Of a stretch of 28,612 nt of DNA, positions 1 through 9,933 are shown piece after piece. Both the position numbers and the translations under genes were made by a program. The stretch comes from Candidatus Omnitrophota bacterium (GTDB lineage: Bacteria; Omnitrophota; Gorgyraeia; JABMRN01; RBG-13-46-9): NCBI GenBank assembly GCA_013203315.1, contig JABMQJ010000025.1, positions 1 through 28,612 on the forward strand. The letters run 5' to 3'. Under the pieces are notes generated by a model that had not been told where the DNA came from, did not search any database, and worked only from the letters and a program-made list of their open reading frames with translations. Within the stretch, counting starts at the first letter, position 1. Every line of letters begins with the position of its first letter.

Positions 1-13
1 AGCCCCTTTATCG

Positions 14-173
14 CGGAAGGAGAGGGTATTGTGTGCGGCTTATTGGTGCCGATTATAGGAGATCCTTTCTTTCCGAAATAATAAATATAAACATTCAGCT
101 TACTACACTTTTTTGAAGAAGAAAGAGCTCCATCGTTACCGTGCTAAGCCGCACACAATACCCTCTCATTCCG
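14..173. repeat. Long imperfect palindrome (REP/MITE-like element)
   Basis: 20-42 GAGAGGGTATTGTGTGCGGCTTA is the exact reverse complement of 145-167. Arms extend to 14-42 and 145-173 with one mismatch, and inner segments also pair. Confidence 0.85.
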
Positions 174-268
174 TTAGGTTTTATCTCGATATTTGGGTGG
201 AAGGAATTGCATCTCTTGCTTCTTATGAAATAGGGGGGGTAGGGGTGGAAATAAAAGGGCAAAATGGC

Positions 269-297
269 TTTACTAATTAGTATAATTATGATATATT
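269..297 (+). promoter_or_regulatory. Putative sigma70 promoter for the first operon
   Basis: TTTACT(269-274)-17 nt-TATATT(292-297) with extended -10 TG, 10 nt upstream of ATG 308. Confidence 0.45.
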
Positions 298-307
298 ACG
301 TGATGTT

Positions 308-1288
308 ATGAAGAAAAAATTATCGACATTGTTTAGGGTGCTTATAAGCCTGGGGATGGTGGGCTTTTTGGTATGGAGCATGCGGGGCAACTACCACCAG
401 ATCGCAGCCACGCTTGCCAGGACAAGCCCGGTCATTTTTGCCCTTGCCGCGCTTCTTTTTGTGCTCAACGTGAATCTGTTTTCCCTGAGGTTAAAACTCT
501 TGCTTATCGGGGAGGGGCTTCGCATTGCGTTCGCGAGAGTTATCCAGCTTTCTTTCATAGGTTTTTTCTTCAACAACTTCATGCCCACGGCCGTAGGTGG
601 GGATATCGTAAAAGCGTATTACGTATCTCGCCAGACAAAAAAGGCGGCGAAATCATTTATTTCAGTTTTTATGGATAGATTTATCGGCTTATTTTCTTTT
701 ATCTGCATCGCGTTACTTGCGCTACCTCTGGCGTGGAAGAGCATTGATGACTCCTTGCGAAAAGTCGTTATTGTTTTTGCTGCCTGCGGAATAGGGGCTT
801 TTTTGGTCATACTAAATGATACCGTTGCAGGCGTTATCTTTAAGCTTCTGTCAAAATTCAAACTCATGAACATAGGCGAGCGGGTCTCAAAAATTTATCG
901 CGCGGTTCATGAATATAAAAATAAGAAAAAAATCATACTCTCTACAATAGGCGTTTCAGCGGTATCTCAATGTATTTACTTTATAACCGTATATTTATTA
1001 ATACGGTCTCTCGGGATTGATCTTCCCATCGGAACAGTTTTTATCATCATGCCCATAGTAAGCGCCACCAGCATGCTACCCTCACTCGGAGGGCTGGGGC
1101 TTCGCGAAGGCGCGATAGTCCTTCTTTTCGGGCCCATCATAGGAACCGACAACGCTTTTTCCGTAAGCATATTACTCCTGGCGACGCTTCTTGGAATAAG
1201 TTTTATAGGCGCGATAATCTATATTTCGGCCTCGCAGTTCAGGGTGAAGCCGACCGATGTTTCTACGTTAGAAACCTATCAGGTTTAA
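308..1288 (+). CDS. Lysylphosphatidylglycerol synthase TM-domain / flippase-like membrane protein (UPF0104)
   Basis: Multi-TM protein with FFNNFMPTAVGGD, DRFIG and LPSLGGLGLREG motifs. Confidence 0.85.
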   Translation: MKKKLSTLFRVLISLGMVGFLVWSMRGNYHQIAATLARTSPVIFALAALLFVLNVNLFSLRLKLLLIGEGLRIAFARVIQLSFIGFFFNNFMPTAVGGDIVKAYYVSRQTKKAAKSFISVFMDRFIGLFSFICIALLALPLAWKSIDDSLRKVVIVFAACGIGAFLVILNDTVAGVIFKLLSKFKLMNIGERVSKIYRAVHEYKNKKKIILSTIGVSAVSQCIYFITVYLLIRSLGIDLPIGTVFIIMPIVSATSMLPSLGGLGLREGAIVLLFGPIIGTDNAFSVSILLLATLLGISFIGAIIYISASQFRVKPTDVSTLETYQV

Positions 1289-1312
1289 AGGAAAAAAATA
1301 ACGGGGGAAAAA

Positions 1313-1753
1313 ATGGCGAAAATATTAGTTATACACGGGCCAAATCTTAACCTGTTGGGAACAAGGGAACCCGACGTTTACGGTAAGGTTACGATAGGTG
1401 AGATTAATAGCGACCTAAAAAAGGCCGCAAAAAGTCGCGGTGTAGAGATTGAAATAAAGCAATCGAATCACGAAGGCGAAATCGTGGATTTGATCGGAAA
1501 GGCCCCGGCCGACAAGACAGGCGCTATTCTTATTAACCCGGCCGCTTATACGCATACAAGCGTTGCCATAAGAGACGCCATAGCCGCATCGCGAGTACCG
1601 GCAGTCGAAGTACATCTTTCGAATATATACGCGAGGGAAGAGTTTAGGCACACATCCTTAATTGCGCCCGTGGCAAAGGGCCAGGTATCGGGTTTCGGAA
1701 AAACAAGTTATCTGTTAGGCCTTGAGGCCGCAATTGAACTCATAAAAAAATAA
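1313..1753 (+). CDS. aroQ: Type II 3-dehydroquinate dehydratase
   Basis: [34 protein letters not shown]. Confidence 0.97.
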   Translation: MAKILVIHGPNLNLLGTREPDVYGKVTIGEINSDLKKAAKSRGVEIEIKQSNHEGEIVDLIGKAPADKTGAILINPAAYTHTSVAIRDAIAASRVPAVEVHLSNIYAREEFRHTSLIAPVAKGQVSGFGKTSYLLGLEAAIELIKK

Positions 1754-1754
1754 A

Positions 1755-2420
1755 ATGGCCCAGGGTACAAGAAAAAAAGAAATAAATTATCTGCGAAAAG
1801 CGGCAAGGATCACGCGCGGTATTTTTGCCGTTATTTCGGAACGGATAAAATACGGCGCAAGTGAACGCGAAATAGCATGTGACATAGAGGCTATCATAAA
1901 GCGAAAAGGGCTAAAACGTTCTTTTAAAACGATCGTAGCAAGCGGGCCGAATGCGGCTAAACCGCACGCAAAAATAACTGACCGCAAAATCGCAAAAAAC
2001 GATGTCGTGGTAGTTGATTTCGGCGTGGTCTATAAGGGTTTTTGCTCTGACATGACACGAACCGTAATTGTCGGCAAGGCAAGCCCCCTGATGCGTAAGT
2101 TGCGCAGAGCCGTGAAGTACGCTCATAGTGCGGCGATCAGGAAAGTGCGCCCGGGAGTAAAAATTTCGAAGCTGGTAAGCGAAGCTCACGGCTACATAAG
2201 AAAAAAAGGCTTGGGAAAGTATATCCTGCATACGCTGGGCCACGGCCTCGGAAAAAAAATTCACCAGGCTCCCAAGTTATCGGAAAAGAATAACCGCACG
2301 CTAAAAGAAGATATGGTCATAACAATTGAACCCGGGCTTTACGTAAAAAGAAAAGGCGGGGTAAGAACAGAGGACATGATTTTAATAACTAGGAATGGAC
2401 ATGAGGTGTTAACCCGATGA
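1755..2420 (+). CDS. M24 Xaa-Pro peptidase, catalytic domain only
   Basis: VASGPN, PH, DFG, SDMTRT, GHGLG..IH, IEPG, RTED; lies between aroQ and efp. Confidence 0.88.
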   Translation: MAQGTRKKEINYLRKAARITRGIFAVISERIKYGASEREIACDIEAIIKRKGLKRSFKTIVASGPNAAKPHAKITDRKIAKNDVVVVDFGVVYKGFCSDMTRTVIVGKASPLMRKLRRAVKYAHSAAIRKVRPGVKISKLVSEAHGYIRKKGLGKYILHTLGHGLGKKIHQAPKLSEKNNRTLKEDMVITIEPGLYVKRKGGVRTEDMILITRNGHEVLTR

Positions 2421-2974
2421 TTACAGCCAGGCAGTTTAGAAACGGCATCGTTATTGAAATGCAAAATAATCTCTTCGTTGTTCAGGAATCACAGCATATA
2501 AAACCCGGCAAGGGCGGTGCTTTTGTCAGGGCAAAACTTAAAAATCTTCAAACCGGCGCTATCGCCGAGCAAACATTCAGGCCCTCGGATTCATTCCAGC
2601 AGGCATTCATTGAAGAACAAAAAGTGCAGTACCTGTATAAAGAGCACTCGATATACTATTTCATGAACCAGGCAACATACGAACAAACAGGGATAACCCA
2701 AGATATCATAGGTGACAATGTAAAACTCCTGAAGGACGGAATGGAAATTTCGGCATCTTTTTATAAGGATACTATAATCGGTATAACACTTCCCTCATTT
2801 GTCAAACTTAGGGTTACGTACACAGAACCGGGGATAAAAGGCGATACGGCAAGGGGCGGTTCAAAGCCGGCTACTTTAGAAACAGGCACTGTAATAAAAG
2901 TGCCTCTATTTATAAACACTGACGACGTAATAAAAATCGATACGCGTACCGGCCAATACTCCGGCCGCGCTTGA
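2417..2974 (+). CDS. efp: Elongation factor P
   Basis: KPGKGGAF loop, PGIKGDT, KPATLETG, VPLFI, DTRTG. Confidence 0.97.
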   Translation: MITARQFRNGIVIEMQNNLFVVQESQHIKPGKGGAFVRAKLKNLQTGAIAEQTFRPSDSFQQAFIEEQKVQYLYKEHSIYYFMNQATYEQTGITQDIIGDNVKLLKDGMEISASFYKDTIIGITLPSFVKLRVTYTEPGIKGDTARGGSKPATLETGTVIKVPLFINTDDVIKIDTRTGQYSGRA

Positions 2975-2988
2975 GAAGGGGGTTTCCC

Positions 2989-3432
2989 ATGAACATAAAA
3001 AAGATCGAAGAAGTCGTACGCTTGATGGAGAAGCACGGCCTTACTGAAATAAGTGTAGAAGAGGAAGGGGTAAAGATCCATCTTAGAAAGGGCATAAGCG
3101 GCGCCGTAGAAAAAACTATTCATCAGATGGCCTCTCCCGTGTTGACACCCGCAACCGAAGTACCGCCTGCGGCAAAAGAGAAAGAAAGCAATGCAGTCGA
3201 AATCAAGGCGCCAATGGTCGGAACGTTTTATGCTTCCCCGTCGCCTGATGCCAAGTCTTTTGTCGAGATAGGGCAAAAGATAAATGAAGGCGACGTGCTT
3301 TGCATTATTGAAGCAATGAAACTCATGAACGAGATAAAATCAGAGGTAAAAGGGAAAATCGTAGATATAGTCGTTGAGAACGCAGAGCCCGTAGAGTTCG
3401 GCCAGGTAATGTTTTTGATAGAACCTGCATAA
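2989..3432 (+). CDS. accB: Acetyl-CoA carboxylase biotin carboxyl carrier protein
   Basis: APMVGTFY and EAMKL biotin lysine. Start moved to ATG 2989, which follows AAGGGGG. Confidence 0.96.
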   Translation: MNIKKIEEVVRLMEKHGLTEISVEEEGVKIHLRKGISGAVEKTIHQMASPVLTPATEVPPAAKEKESNAVEIKAPMVGTFYASPSPDAKSFVEIGQKINEGDVLCIIEAMKLMNEIKSEVKGKIVDIVVENAEPVEFGQVMFLIEPA

Positions 3433-3443
3433 ATAGTTTAATT

Positions 3444-4808
3444 ATGTTTACAAAAATCTTAATAGCAAACCGCGGTGAAGTTGCGATAAGGATTATACGG
3501 GCCTGCAAGGAAATGGGCATAAGCACTGTCGCAGTTTTTTCAGAAATCGACAGCGATTCACTCCACGTAAGGCTGGCAGATGAAGCCATATGCATCGGAA
3601 AGGCTCCCGCCAGTGAAAGCTACCTTAATATCCCCAGTATAATAAGCGCCGCAGAGATAACAGATGTCGAAGCCATACACCCGGGGTACGGGTTTTTAGC
3701 AGAGGACGCGCATTTTGCCGAAATATGCGAGTCTTGCCAGATAAGGTTTATCGGCCCTACGCCGGAAAACATCAGGCTAATGGGCGATAAGATGGCTGCC
3801 AAAAAAGTCGCGAAAAAGGCAGGGCTACCGATCATACCCGGAAGCTTGGACGTAGTCGCTACAAAAGAAGGGGCGTTAAAAATAGCAAAAAAAATAAAAT
3901 ACCCTGTTATAATAAAGGCCGCTCACGGCGGAGGCGGCAAGGGCATGCGCGTATGCCATAATGACGTGAGGTTAGTCGGCGCGTTTTTAACTGCGCAAAG
4001 GGAGGCTGAAGCCGCATTCGGCAGCCCCCATCTTTACATTGAAAAATACATAGAAGAGCCACGCCATATCGAATTTCAGCTTCTTGGGGATTCGCACGGC
4101 CATGTCATACACTTAGGAGAGAGAGATTGCACTGTTCAAAGACGGCACCAAAAATTGATCGAAGAATCGCCTTCACCGGCACTAGATAAGCGGCTAAGAA
4201 GAAAAATGGGCGAGCTGGCCGTAAGGTGCGCCAGGTCCATAGGTTATGTTAACGCCGGCACCATTGAATTCCTGCAGGATAAACATAACAACTTTTACTT
4301 CATGGAAATGAATACAAGGATCCAGGTTGAGCACCCGGTTACCGAAATGCTAACAGGCATCGATTTAGTCAAAGAACAGATAAGAATCGCATCGGGAGAA
4401 AGCTTAAGAAAAAAACAAGATGACGTGGAATTTAAGGGGAGCTCTATAGAGTGCCGCATTTACGCCGAAGATCCTGAGCACGACTTCAGGCCTTGCCCCG
4501 GTAAGATCGCGTCCCTTAATCTCCCGGGCGGCCCGGGTGTGCGCGTCGACACGCACATATATGCCGGCTATGAAATATCCCCGTATTACGATTCTATGAT
4601 CGCAAAACTCATATCTTTCGCCGACACGCGCAAGCATGCCATATCGGTCATGCGACGCGCGCTAGATGAATTCATGATAGAGCCGATTAAGACAACGGTT
4701 CCTTTTCATAAGAAAGTTTTGTCAAACACGGCGTTTTTAAGAGGTAAATACTCTACGGCTTTTACAGATAAGCTGTTGGAAAAAAATAAAGGGGGGGGCA
4801 CAAAATGA
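3444..4808 (+). CDS. accC: Biotin carboxylase
   Basis: [44 protein letters not shown]. Confidence 0.97.
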   Translation: MFTKILIANRGEVAIRIIRACKEMGISTVAVFSEIDSDSLHVRLADEAICIGKAPASESYLNIPSIISAAEITDVEAIHPGYGFLAEDAHFAEICESCQIRFIGPTPENIRLMGDKMAAKKVAKKAGLPIIPGSLDVVATKEGALKIAKKIKYPVIIKAAHGGGGKGMRVCHNDVRLVGAFLTAQREAEAAFGSPHLYIEKYIEEPRHIEFQLLGDSHGHVIHLGERDCTVQRRHQKLIEESPSPALDKRLRRKMGELAVRCARSIGYVNAGTIEFLQDKHNNFYFMEMNTRIQVEHPVTEMLTGIDLVKEQIRIASGESLRKKQDDVEFKGSSIECRIYAEDPEHDFRPCPGKIASLNLPGGPGVRVDTHIYAGYEISPYYDSMIAKLISFADTRKHAISVMRRALDEFMIEPIKTTVPFHKKVLSNTAFLRGKYSTAFTDKLLEKNKGGGTK

Positions 4809-5413
4809 AATTTATAAAAAGTTTAGCTATCGGCGTGCACGCACTTGTCTTTCTGGTAATGGGCGGAATTCTGATATTATTATCCATTGATCTTTTCGCC
4901 TCCGATGACGTAATGAAAGTGGTAAATTTTATCTATAACGAACCCAATGTAAAGCTTGCCCTTGGGGTGCTCGGAGGAATTTTTATTTTTGGCGGGCTTG
5001 TAACGGCGCACATCGGTCTCGGAAAACTACAAATGGAAAAAACCATCGCCTTTGAAAATCCGGAGGGACAGGTAACGGTTTCTTTATCAGCCATTGAAGA
5101 CTTTATAAAAAAGAGCGTCCGGCATATTGCGGAGGTAAAGGAGCTTCGCTCCAATGTTACGGCAAGCAAAAGAGGAATCAACATACTCTGCAAGGCCACT
5201 ATCTTTGATGACTCCAATATCCCGGAAATCACGGAAAAACTCCAGGGCATAGTAAAAGCAAAAGTACGGGACATGCTGGGCGTGGAGGAAACTATAAATA
5301 CAAAAATTCACGTAACGAAAATCTCATCAAGAGGGAAAGGCGAGGCAGCGCAGGCTCCGGCAAAAGAATACGAAGAAACTTCAAGGCGCATGCCGTTTGG
5401 CGGAGTAGAATAA
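4805..5413 (+). CDS. amaP: Alkaline shock response membrane anchor (AmaP/Asp23-like)
   Basis: Two N-terminal TM helices followed by [13 protein letters not shown]...LQGIVK..V.DMLG; located after accBC. Confidence 0.7.
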   Translation: MKFIKSLAIGVHALVFLVMGGILILLSIDLFASDDVMKVVNFIYNEPNVKLALGVLGGIFIFGGLVTAHIGLGKLQMEKTIAFENPEGQVTVSLSAIEDFIKKSVRHIAEVKELRSNVTASKRGINILCKATIFDDSNIPEITEKLQGIVKAKVRDMLGVEETINTKIHVTKISSRGKGEAAQAPAKEYEETSRRMPFGGVE

Positions 5414-5432
5414 TAAAATAGGAGGAAGTTAA

Positions 5433-6467
5433 ATGAAGGCAAAGAAGATTGGCGTGTTAACGGGGGGAGGAGATTGTCCCGGATTAAACCCGACCCTGAG
5501 AGCTGTTGTACGAAAAGCCCTCTATGAAAATATTTCTGTAGTAGGCATTAAAAACGGCTGGAAAGGATTAATAACAAAAAATACGGTTAATATGGATCGC
5601 AATTCCGTATCCGGTATTCTGCCCAGGGGCGGTACTATACTTGGAACGAGCAGGACTAATCCGTACAAAAAAGAGGGTGACCTAGAAAAAACAAAAAACA
5701 ATATAAAAGCCTTGAAACTGGACGCGTTAATTGTCATAGGCGGAGATGATACACTTGGGGCAGCATCAAAGTTGCACAAAGAAGGTATAAAGGTAGTTGG
5801 CGTGCCCAAGACAATCGATAATGATTTATCGTGTACGGATTTCACCTTTGGTTTTGACACGGCCGTAAACATAGCTACAGAGGCCATAGATAGATTGCAC
5901 ACAACCGCTGAAAGCCATCACCGCATAATGGTAGTTGAAATAATGGGCAGGCACGCCGGATGGATAGCAACATACGCAGGAATTGCAGGCGGAGCGGATA
6001 TTATACTAATCCCGGAAGTACCTGTTGATGTGAATGAGGTTTGCAAGATTATAAAAAAGCGGCACGGGGGAGGAAAGGATTTCAGTATTGTAGTCGTCGC
6101 AGAAGGCGCACAATTAAAGGACCACACTTTAGTCCTGCAAACAAAGAAAAAAGACGCTTTCGGAAATGTTCTTTTAGGCGGAATCGGCCACGTGCTCGGC
6201 AAGCAGATAGAAGAGAGAACGGGCTACGAAACGAGGGTAACTGTATTGGGGCACATCCAGAGAGGCGGAAGCCCGACTGCATTTGACAGAGTGCTCGGAA
6301 CGCGGTTCGGAGTAAAAGCCGTTGAACTTGTTATGAAAAGAGAGTTTGGAAAAATGGTTGCCTTAAAAGGCAACAAGATCGTAGGCGTGCCTATTGCGGA
6401 CGCAGTCGGTACGTTAAAAACCGTGGATATGGGACTCTACGATATCGCCAAGATATTTTTCGGCTAA
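5433..6467 (+). CDS. pfkA: 6-phosphofructokinase, probably PPi-dependent
   Basis: TGGGDCPGLN, GGTILGTSR, GGDDT, PKTIDND, MGRHAG, LGHIQRGG. Confidence 0.93.
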   Translation: MKAKKIGVLTGGGDCPGLNPTLRAVVRKALYENISVVGIKNGWKGLITKNTVNMDRNSVSGILPRGGTILGTSRTNPYKKEGDLEKTKNNIKALKLDALIVIGGDDTLGAASKLHKEGIKVVGVPKTIDNDLSCTDFTFGFDTAVNIATEAIDRLHTTAESHHRIMVVEIMGRHAGWIATYAGIAGGADIILIPEVPVDVNEVCKIIKKRHGGGKDFSIVVVAEGAQLKDHTLVLQTKKKDAFGNVLLGGIGHVLGKQIEERTGYETRVTVLGHIQRGGSPTAFDRVLGTRFGVKAVELVMKREFGKMVALKGNKIVGVPIADAVGTLKTVDMGLYDIAKIFFG

Positions 6468-6487
6468 AGATAAGTCGGAGGTTCATT

Positions 6488-7060
6488 ATGAAAAATGGAA
6501 TAAAAAAAGCGATTGAGGAAAGTAGCAGTGTAAAATCGTCTCTACTTTCCGAAAAAGGCCTCGGGCTTATTGAAAAAATCGCCAAAACGATAATCGACGC
6601 ATTAAAAAAAGGCGGGAAGGTACTCGTTTTCGGAAATGGCGGGAGTGCGGCGGACAGCCAGCACATGGTAGCCGAGCTCGTTGGGCGCTTCAAGAAAGAA
6701 CGCAAAGCCATACCGGCGATCGCGCTTACAACAAACACCTCAAGCCTTACTGCTCTTTCAAATGACTATGGTTATGAGGTAAGTTTTAAAAGACAGATTG
6801 AGGCTCTTGGAAAAAAGGGTGACGTCGCCGTAGCCATATCAACAAGCGGCTCGGCCAAAAATGTTACCCAGGCCGTAGGGCTTGCCAGGGAAATGGGCCT
6901 TTCAACCATCGCTCTTACCGGTAAAAACGGCGGTAATCTCAAAAGCGTTTCCGAACTGGCTTTCATCGTTGAATCAAACGATACGCCCAGAATTCAGGAA
7001 GCGCATATTTTAATAATACACATTCTATGTGAGTTAATCGAGAACTCCCTTACAAAATAA
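6488..7060 (+). CDS. gmhA: Phosphoheptose isomerase
   Basis: GNGGSAADSQH, NDYGY, STSG, PRIQEAH. Confidence 0.95.
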   Translation: MKNGIKKAIEESSSVKSSLLSEKGLGLIEKIAKTIIDALKKGGKVLVFGNGGSAADSQHMVAELVGRFKKERKAIPAIALTTNTSSLTALSNDYGYEVSFKRQIEALGKKGDVAVAISTSGSAKNVTQAVGLAREMGLSTIALTGKNGGNLKSVSELAFIVESNDTPRIQEAHILIIHILCELIENSLTK

Positions 7061-7066
7061 CCACAC

Positions 7067-7537
7067 ATGAGTAAAGTAAAAAAACTTAACGAAATTAAAA
7101 AAATTGTCACGCGCCTGCGAAAAAAACGCAAAAAAATAGTTTTTACAAATGGCTGCTTTGATATACTTCATTACGGCCACGTGAATTATCTTGAGAAATG
7201 CCGGCGCCTGGGTGATATCCTCATCGTAGGCCTCAATAGCGATTCTTCGGTAAAAAAGATCAAACCGAAAGGCAGGCCCTTAACAGGCCAAAAGGAGAGG
7301 GCGGCTATTCTTTCAGCATTTAGATGCGTGGACTACGTAACAATATTCAGCGAAACAACGCCTGCAAGGATTATAAAAGCAATTGCGCCGGATATCCTCG
7401 CAAAGGGCGCGGACTGGCGCAAAATTGATATCGTTGGCCGTAGCGAAGTGGAAAAAAGAGGCGGCAGGGTAGTCGCCATACCTTTTGTCAAAGGCTTTTC
7501 CACAACGCAAATTTTAAAACGCATTAAGAATGCATAA
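7067..7537 (+). CDS. rfaE2: Heptose-1-phosphate adenylyltransferase (standalone RfaE domain II)
   Basis: FTNGCFDILHYGH, GLNSDSS, KGAD, STT. Confidence 0.9.
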   Translation: MSKVKKLNEIKKIVTRLRKKRKKIVFTNGCFDILHYGHVNYLEKCRRLGDILIVGLNSDSSVKKIKPKGRPLTGQKERAAILSAFRCVDYVTIFSETTPARIIKAIAPDILAKGADWRKIDIVGRSEVEKRGGRVVAIPFVKGFSTTQILKRIKNA

Positions 7538-7961
7538 ACTCTTGCGCCTTATCGACGCTAATTTAAATAGGTCCCGGGAAGGTATACGCGTTTGCGAAGA
7601 TATTGCGCGTTTTATGTTAAACGATAAACGAATAACCAGGTCTTTTAAGTCATTGAGGCACAGGATAAGCGCTCTTGCTAATAAGCTGGAGAGAGGCGGA
7701 GAGCTGGCCTTATTAAAATCGCGGAACGTAAAAAAAGACATCGGAAAGAAAACAGCTTTTCGCGAAGGAAACAGGAAAGACATTCCTGACGTTTTTTACG
7801 CCAATGCCCAGCGCACAAAAGAGTCTTTAAGGGTTCTTGAGGAAATTACAAAACTTTTAAACAAAAAAGTATCTCAGGGTTTCAAGGAAGTACGTTTTAA
7901 AATATATGAACTCGAGAAAAAATCCCGCATCAAACTGGAAACTGTACTGCATAATAGATAA
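7530..7961 (+). CDS. ThiD2-family helical protein (N-terminal domain of cyanobacterial-type ThiE)
   Basis: RLIDANLNRSREGIRVCEDIARF, R....DIG, ANAQRTKESLRVLEE, RFKIYELEK. Confidence 0.85.
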   Translation: MHKLLRLIDANLNRSREGIRVCEDIARFMLNDKRITRSFKSLRHRISALANKLERGGELALLKSRNVKKDIGKKTAFREGNRKDIPDVFYANAQRTKESLRVLEEITKLLNKKVSQGFKEVRFKIYELEKKSRIKLETVLHNR

Positions 7962-8523
7962 AGTAGCGCGCCGCAACCGGTCCCCGGAAGCCACTGCACT
8001 CTCTTTGTTTAAAACAGGTGTTGATGTAATTCAGCTAAGATATAAAAATCTTCCGTCGTACGAACTTCTCGCAATTGCCAAAAGAATACGAAAGGCAGCA
8101 AAAAGATACGGAAAGACGCTCCTCATAAACGATAGAATCGATGTTGCCGTCTCCTCTGGGGCCGAAGGGGTGCACCTTGGAAGCGGAGATTTACCGCTTG
8201 AAACCGCGCATCGCTTGTTAGGAAAAAGGGCAATCGTAGGCAAGACAGTGCATACCCCCGGAGAAGCAAAAAAGATACGCAGAGAAAAGGTAAACTACAT
8301 AGGCGTGGGTCCTATTTTCACAACGCCGCTTAAGAAAAATTTAAAGGCGAAAGGCGTTGGCTTCATTAAGAAAATAAAACAGCACACATCCGTACCTGTA
8401 TTTGCAATAGGCGGAATCAATAAACAGAATGTAAAACTCGCACTTGGTGGCGGTGCGCAGGGGGTTTGTGTTGCGCGGGCCTCATCGCATGCCAAGGCCC
8501 TTCTTAAGGAAATAAAAAAATGA
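7906..8523 (+). CDS. thiE: Thiamine-phosphate synthase
   Basis: QLRYK, INDRIDVA, GVHLG, GPIFTT..K, AIGGI. Confidence 0.9.
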   Translation: MNSRKNPASNWKLYCIIDKVARRNRSPEATALSLFKTGVDVIQLRYKNLPSYELLAIAKRIRKAAKRYGKTLLINDRIDVAVSSGAEGVHLGSGDLPLETAHRLLGKRAIVGKTVHTPGEAKKIRREKVNYIGVGPIFTTPLKKNLKAKGVGFIKKIKQHTSVPVFAIGGINKQNVKLALGGGAQGVCVARASSHAKALLKEIKK

Positions 8524-9800
8524 CTCTGATAGAAAAATCAAAAAAAGGCATAACAACTACGCTGGTTCATAAAATAGCTAAGTCGGAAGGCGTAGACCCA
8601 GCGGCATTGACGAAAAATATAGCCGCGGGAAGAGCGGTTTTGCCAAAAAATAAAAAAAGGAGCTTCAGAAATCCTTGCGCCGTAGGCCAGGGTTTAAAAA
8701 CAAAAATAAACGCCAACATCGGAACTTCGGAAGATTTCACGCGAGTTGAACTTGAATTGCGCAAACTAAAAATTGCCGAAGAATTTGGCGCAGACACGGT
8801 CATGGATCTTTCCACGAGCAAAAACTTAAAAAGTGTAAGAGCAAAGATCCTGGAAAAATCCACGATACCCGTGGGCACCGTTCCCATCTACGAGATAGTT
8901 GTCATGGGCGCAAAAAAATACGGTAGCATATCCGAGATACCCGAAAGCTTTTTTATCAAAACCATAGAAAACCAGGCAAAGGAAGGCGTTGATTTTTTTA
9001 CGATACACGCCGGTGTTACGCAAAAAACGGCAGAGTCCCTCAAGGCAAGCAATCGCACCATGGGTATTGTATCAAGGGGCGGGGCGATTCTTTTGGAGTG
9101 GGTGCTTAAAAATTCCGCAGAAAATCCCTTACGCAAGCGGTTTGATGAGATAATCGATATAGCAAAGGCCTTCGATTTAACATTAAGCCTGGGAGACGGC
9201 ATGAGGCCGGGCGCCATTGTTGACGCCACCGATAAGGCGCAAATCGATGAGCTTTTGGTACTCGGGCACCTGCAAAAAACAGCCTTTAAAAAGGGCGTAC
9301 AGGTTATAATCGAAGGCCCGGGGCATGTTCCTTTAAACCAGATAAAATATAACGTAGAACTGGAAAAACGCGTATGTAACGGGGCTCCTTTTTACGTGCT
9401 GGGGCCGCTTGTCACCGATATTGCGCCCGGCTACGATCACATAACAAGCGCCATAGGTGGGGCGATGGCAGCCAGTTTTGGGGCGGATTTTTTATGCTAC
9501 GTAACGCCGGGCGAACATCTCAGGCTCCCGACCCTCGAGGATGTGAAGGAGGGCGTTGTTGCGTCAAAGATAGCCGCACACGCTGCGGATATTGCCAAAA
9601 ACGTGCCGGGGGCTATAGAAAAAGATATAAATATTTCGAAAGCGCGCTACGCGAGAAACTGGGAAAAACAGTTTAAGCTAGCGCTTGACCCGAAAAAGTG
9701 CAAGGCGTTCAGGAAAAGCTCGACCCCTGCGGCAAAAGACGTTTGCACCATGTGCAGCGAATATTGTTCGCTTAAAATAAGTCAGCGTTGTTTGAAATAG
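8520..9800 (+). CDS. thiC: Phosphomethylpyrimidine synthase
   Basis: KINANIGTS, GTVPIY, VSRGG, LGDGMRPG, EGPGH, C-terminal CTMCSEYC Fe-S motif. Confidence 0.96.
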   Translation: MTLIEKSKKGITTTLVHKIAKSEGVDPAALTKNIAAGRAVLPKNKKRSFRNPCAVGQGLKTKINANIGTSEDFTRVELELRKLKIAEEFGADTVMDLSTSKNLKSVRAKILEKSTIPVGTVPIYEIVVMGAKKYGSISEIPESFFIKTIENQAKEGVDFFTIHAGVTQKTAESLKASNRTMGIVSRGGAILLEWVLKNSAENPLRKRFDEIIDIAKAFDLTLSLGDGMRPGAIVDATDKAQIDELLVLGHLQKTAFKKGVQVIIEGPGHVPLNQIKYNVELEKRVCNGAPFYVLGPLVTDIAPGYDHITSAIGGAMAASFGADFLCYVTPGEHLRLPTLEDVKEGVVASKIAAHAADIAKNVPGAIEKDINISKARYARNWEKQFKLALDPKKCKAFRKSSTPAAKDVCTMCSEYCSLKISQRCLK

Positions 9801-9871
9801 GCGGCTATAACACAATGGTAGTGTGCCAGCTTCCCAAGCTGGTTACGCGGGTTCGATCCCCGCTAGCCGCT
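9801..9871 (+). tRNA. tRNA-Gly (anticodon CCC)
   Basis: Acceptor GCGGCTA/TAGCCGC, D-stem ACAC/GTGT, anticodon arm CCAGC-TTCCCAA-GCTGG, T-arm GCGGG-TTCGATC-CCCGC, discriminator T; CCA not encoded. Confidence 0.95.
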
Positions 9872-9933
9872 CTGGTATTGATTTGGTTTCTGCGGAAAAA
9901 AATAGGAAGGCTAGAGTTAGCACTGTTAGTTAT

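Noticed and set aside
231-248. G-rich run as a G-quadruplex or phase-variable tract
   Set aside because: Too few regular G-tracts; similar G runs elsewhere in the window act as ribosome-binding sites
7400-8520. TPP riboswitch upstream of the thiamine genes
   Set aside because: Genes overlap with no intergenic space, and I saw no convincing aptamer core
9823-9933. N-terminal extension of the TPR ORF
   Set aside because: Overlaps tRNA-Gly; the signal peptide begins at ATG 9934
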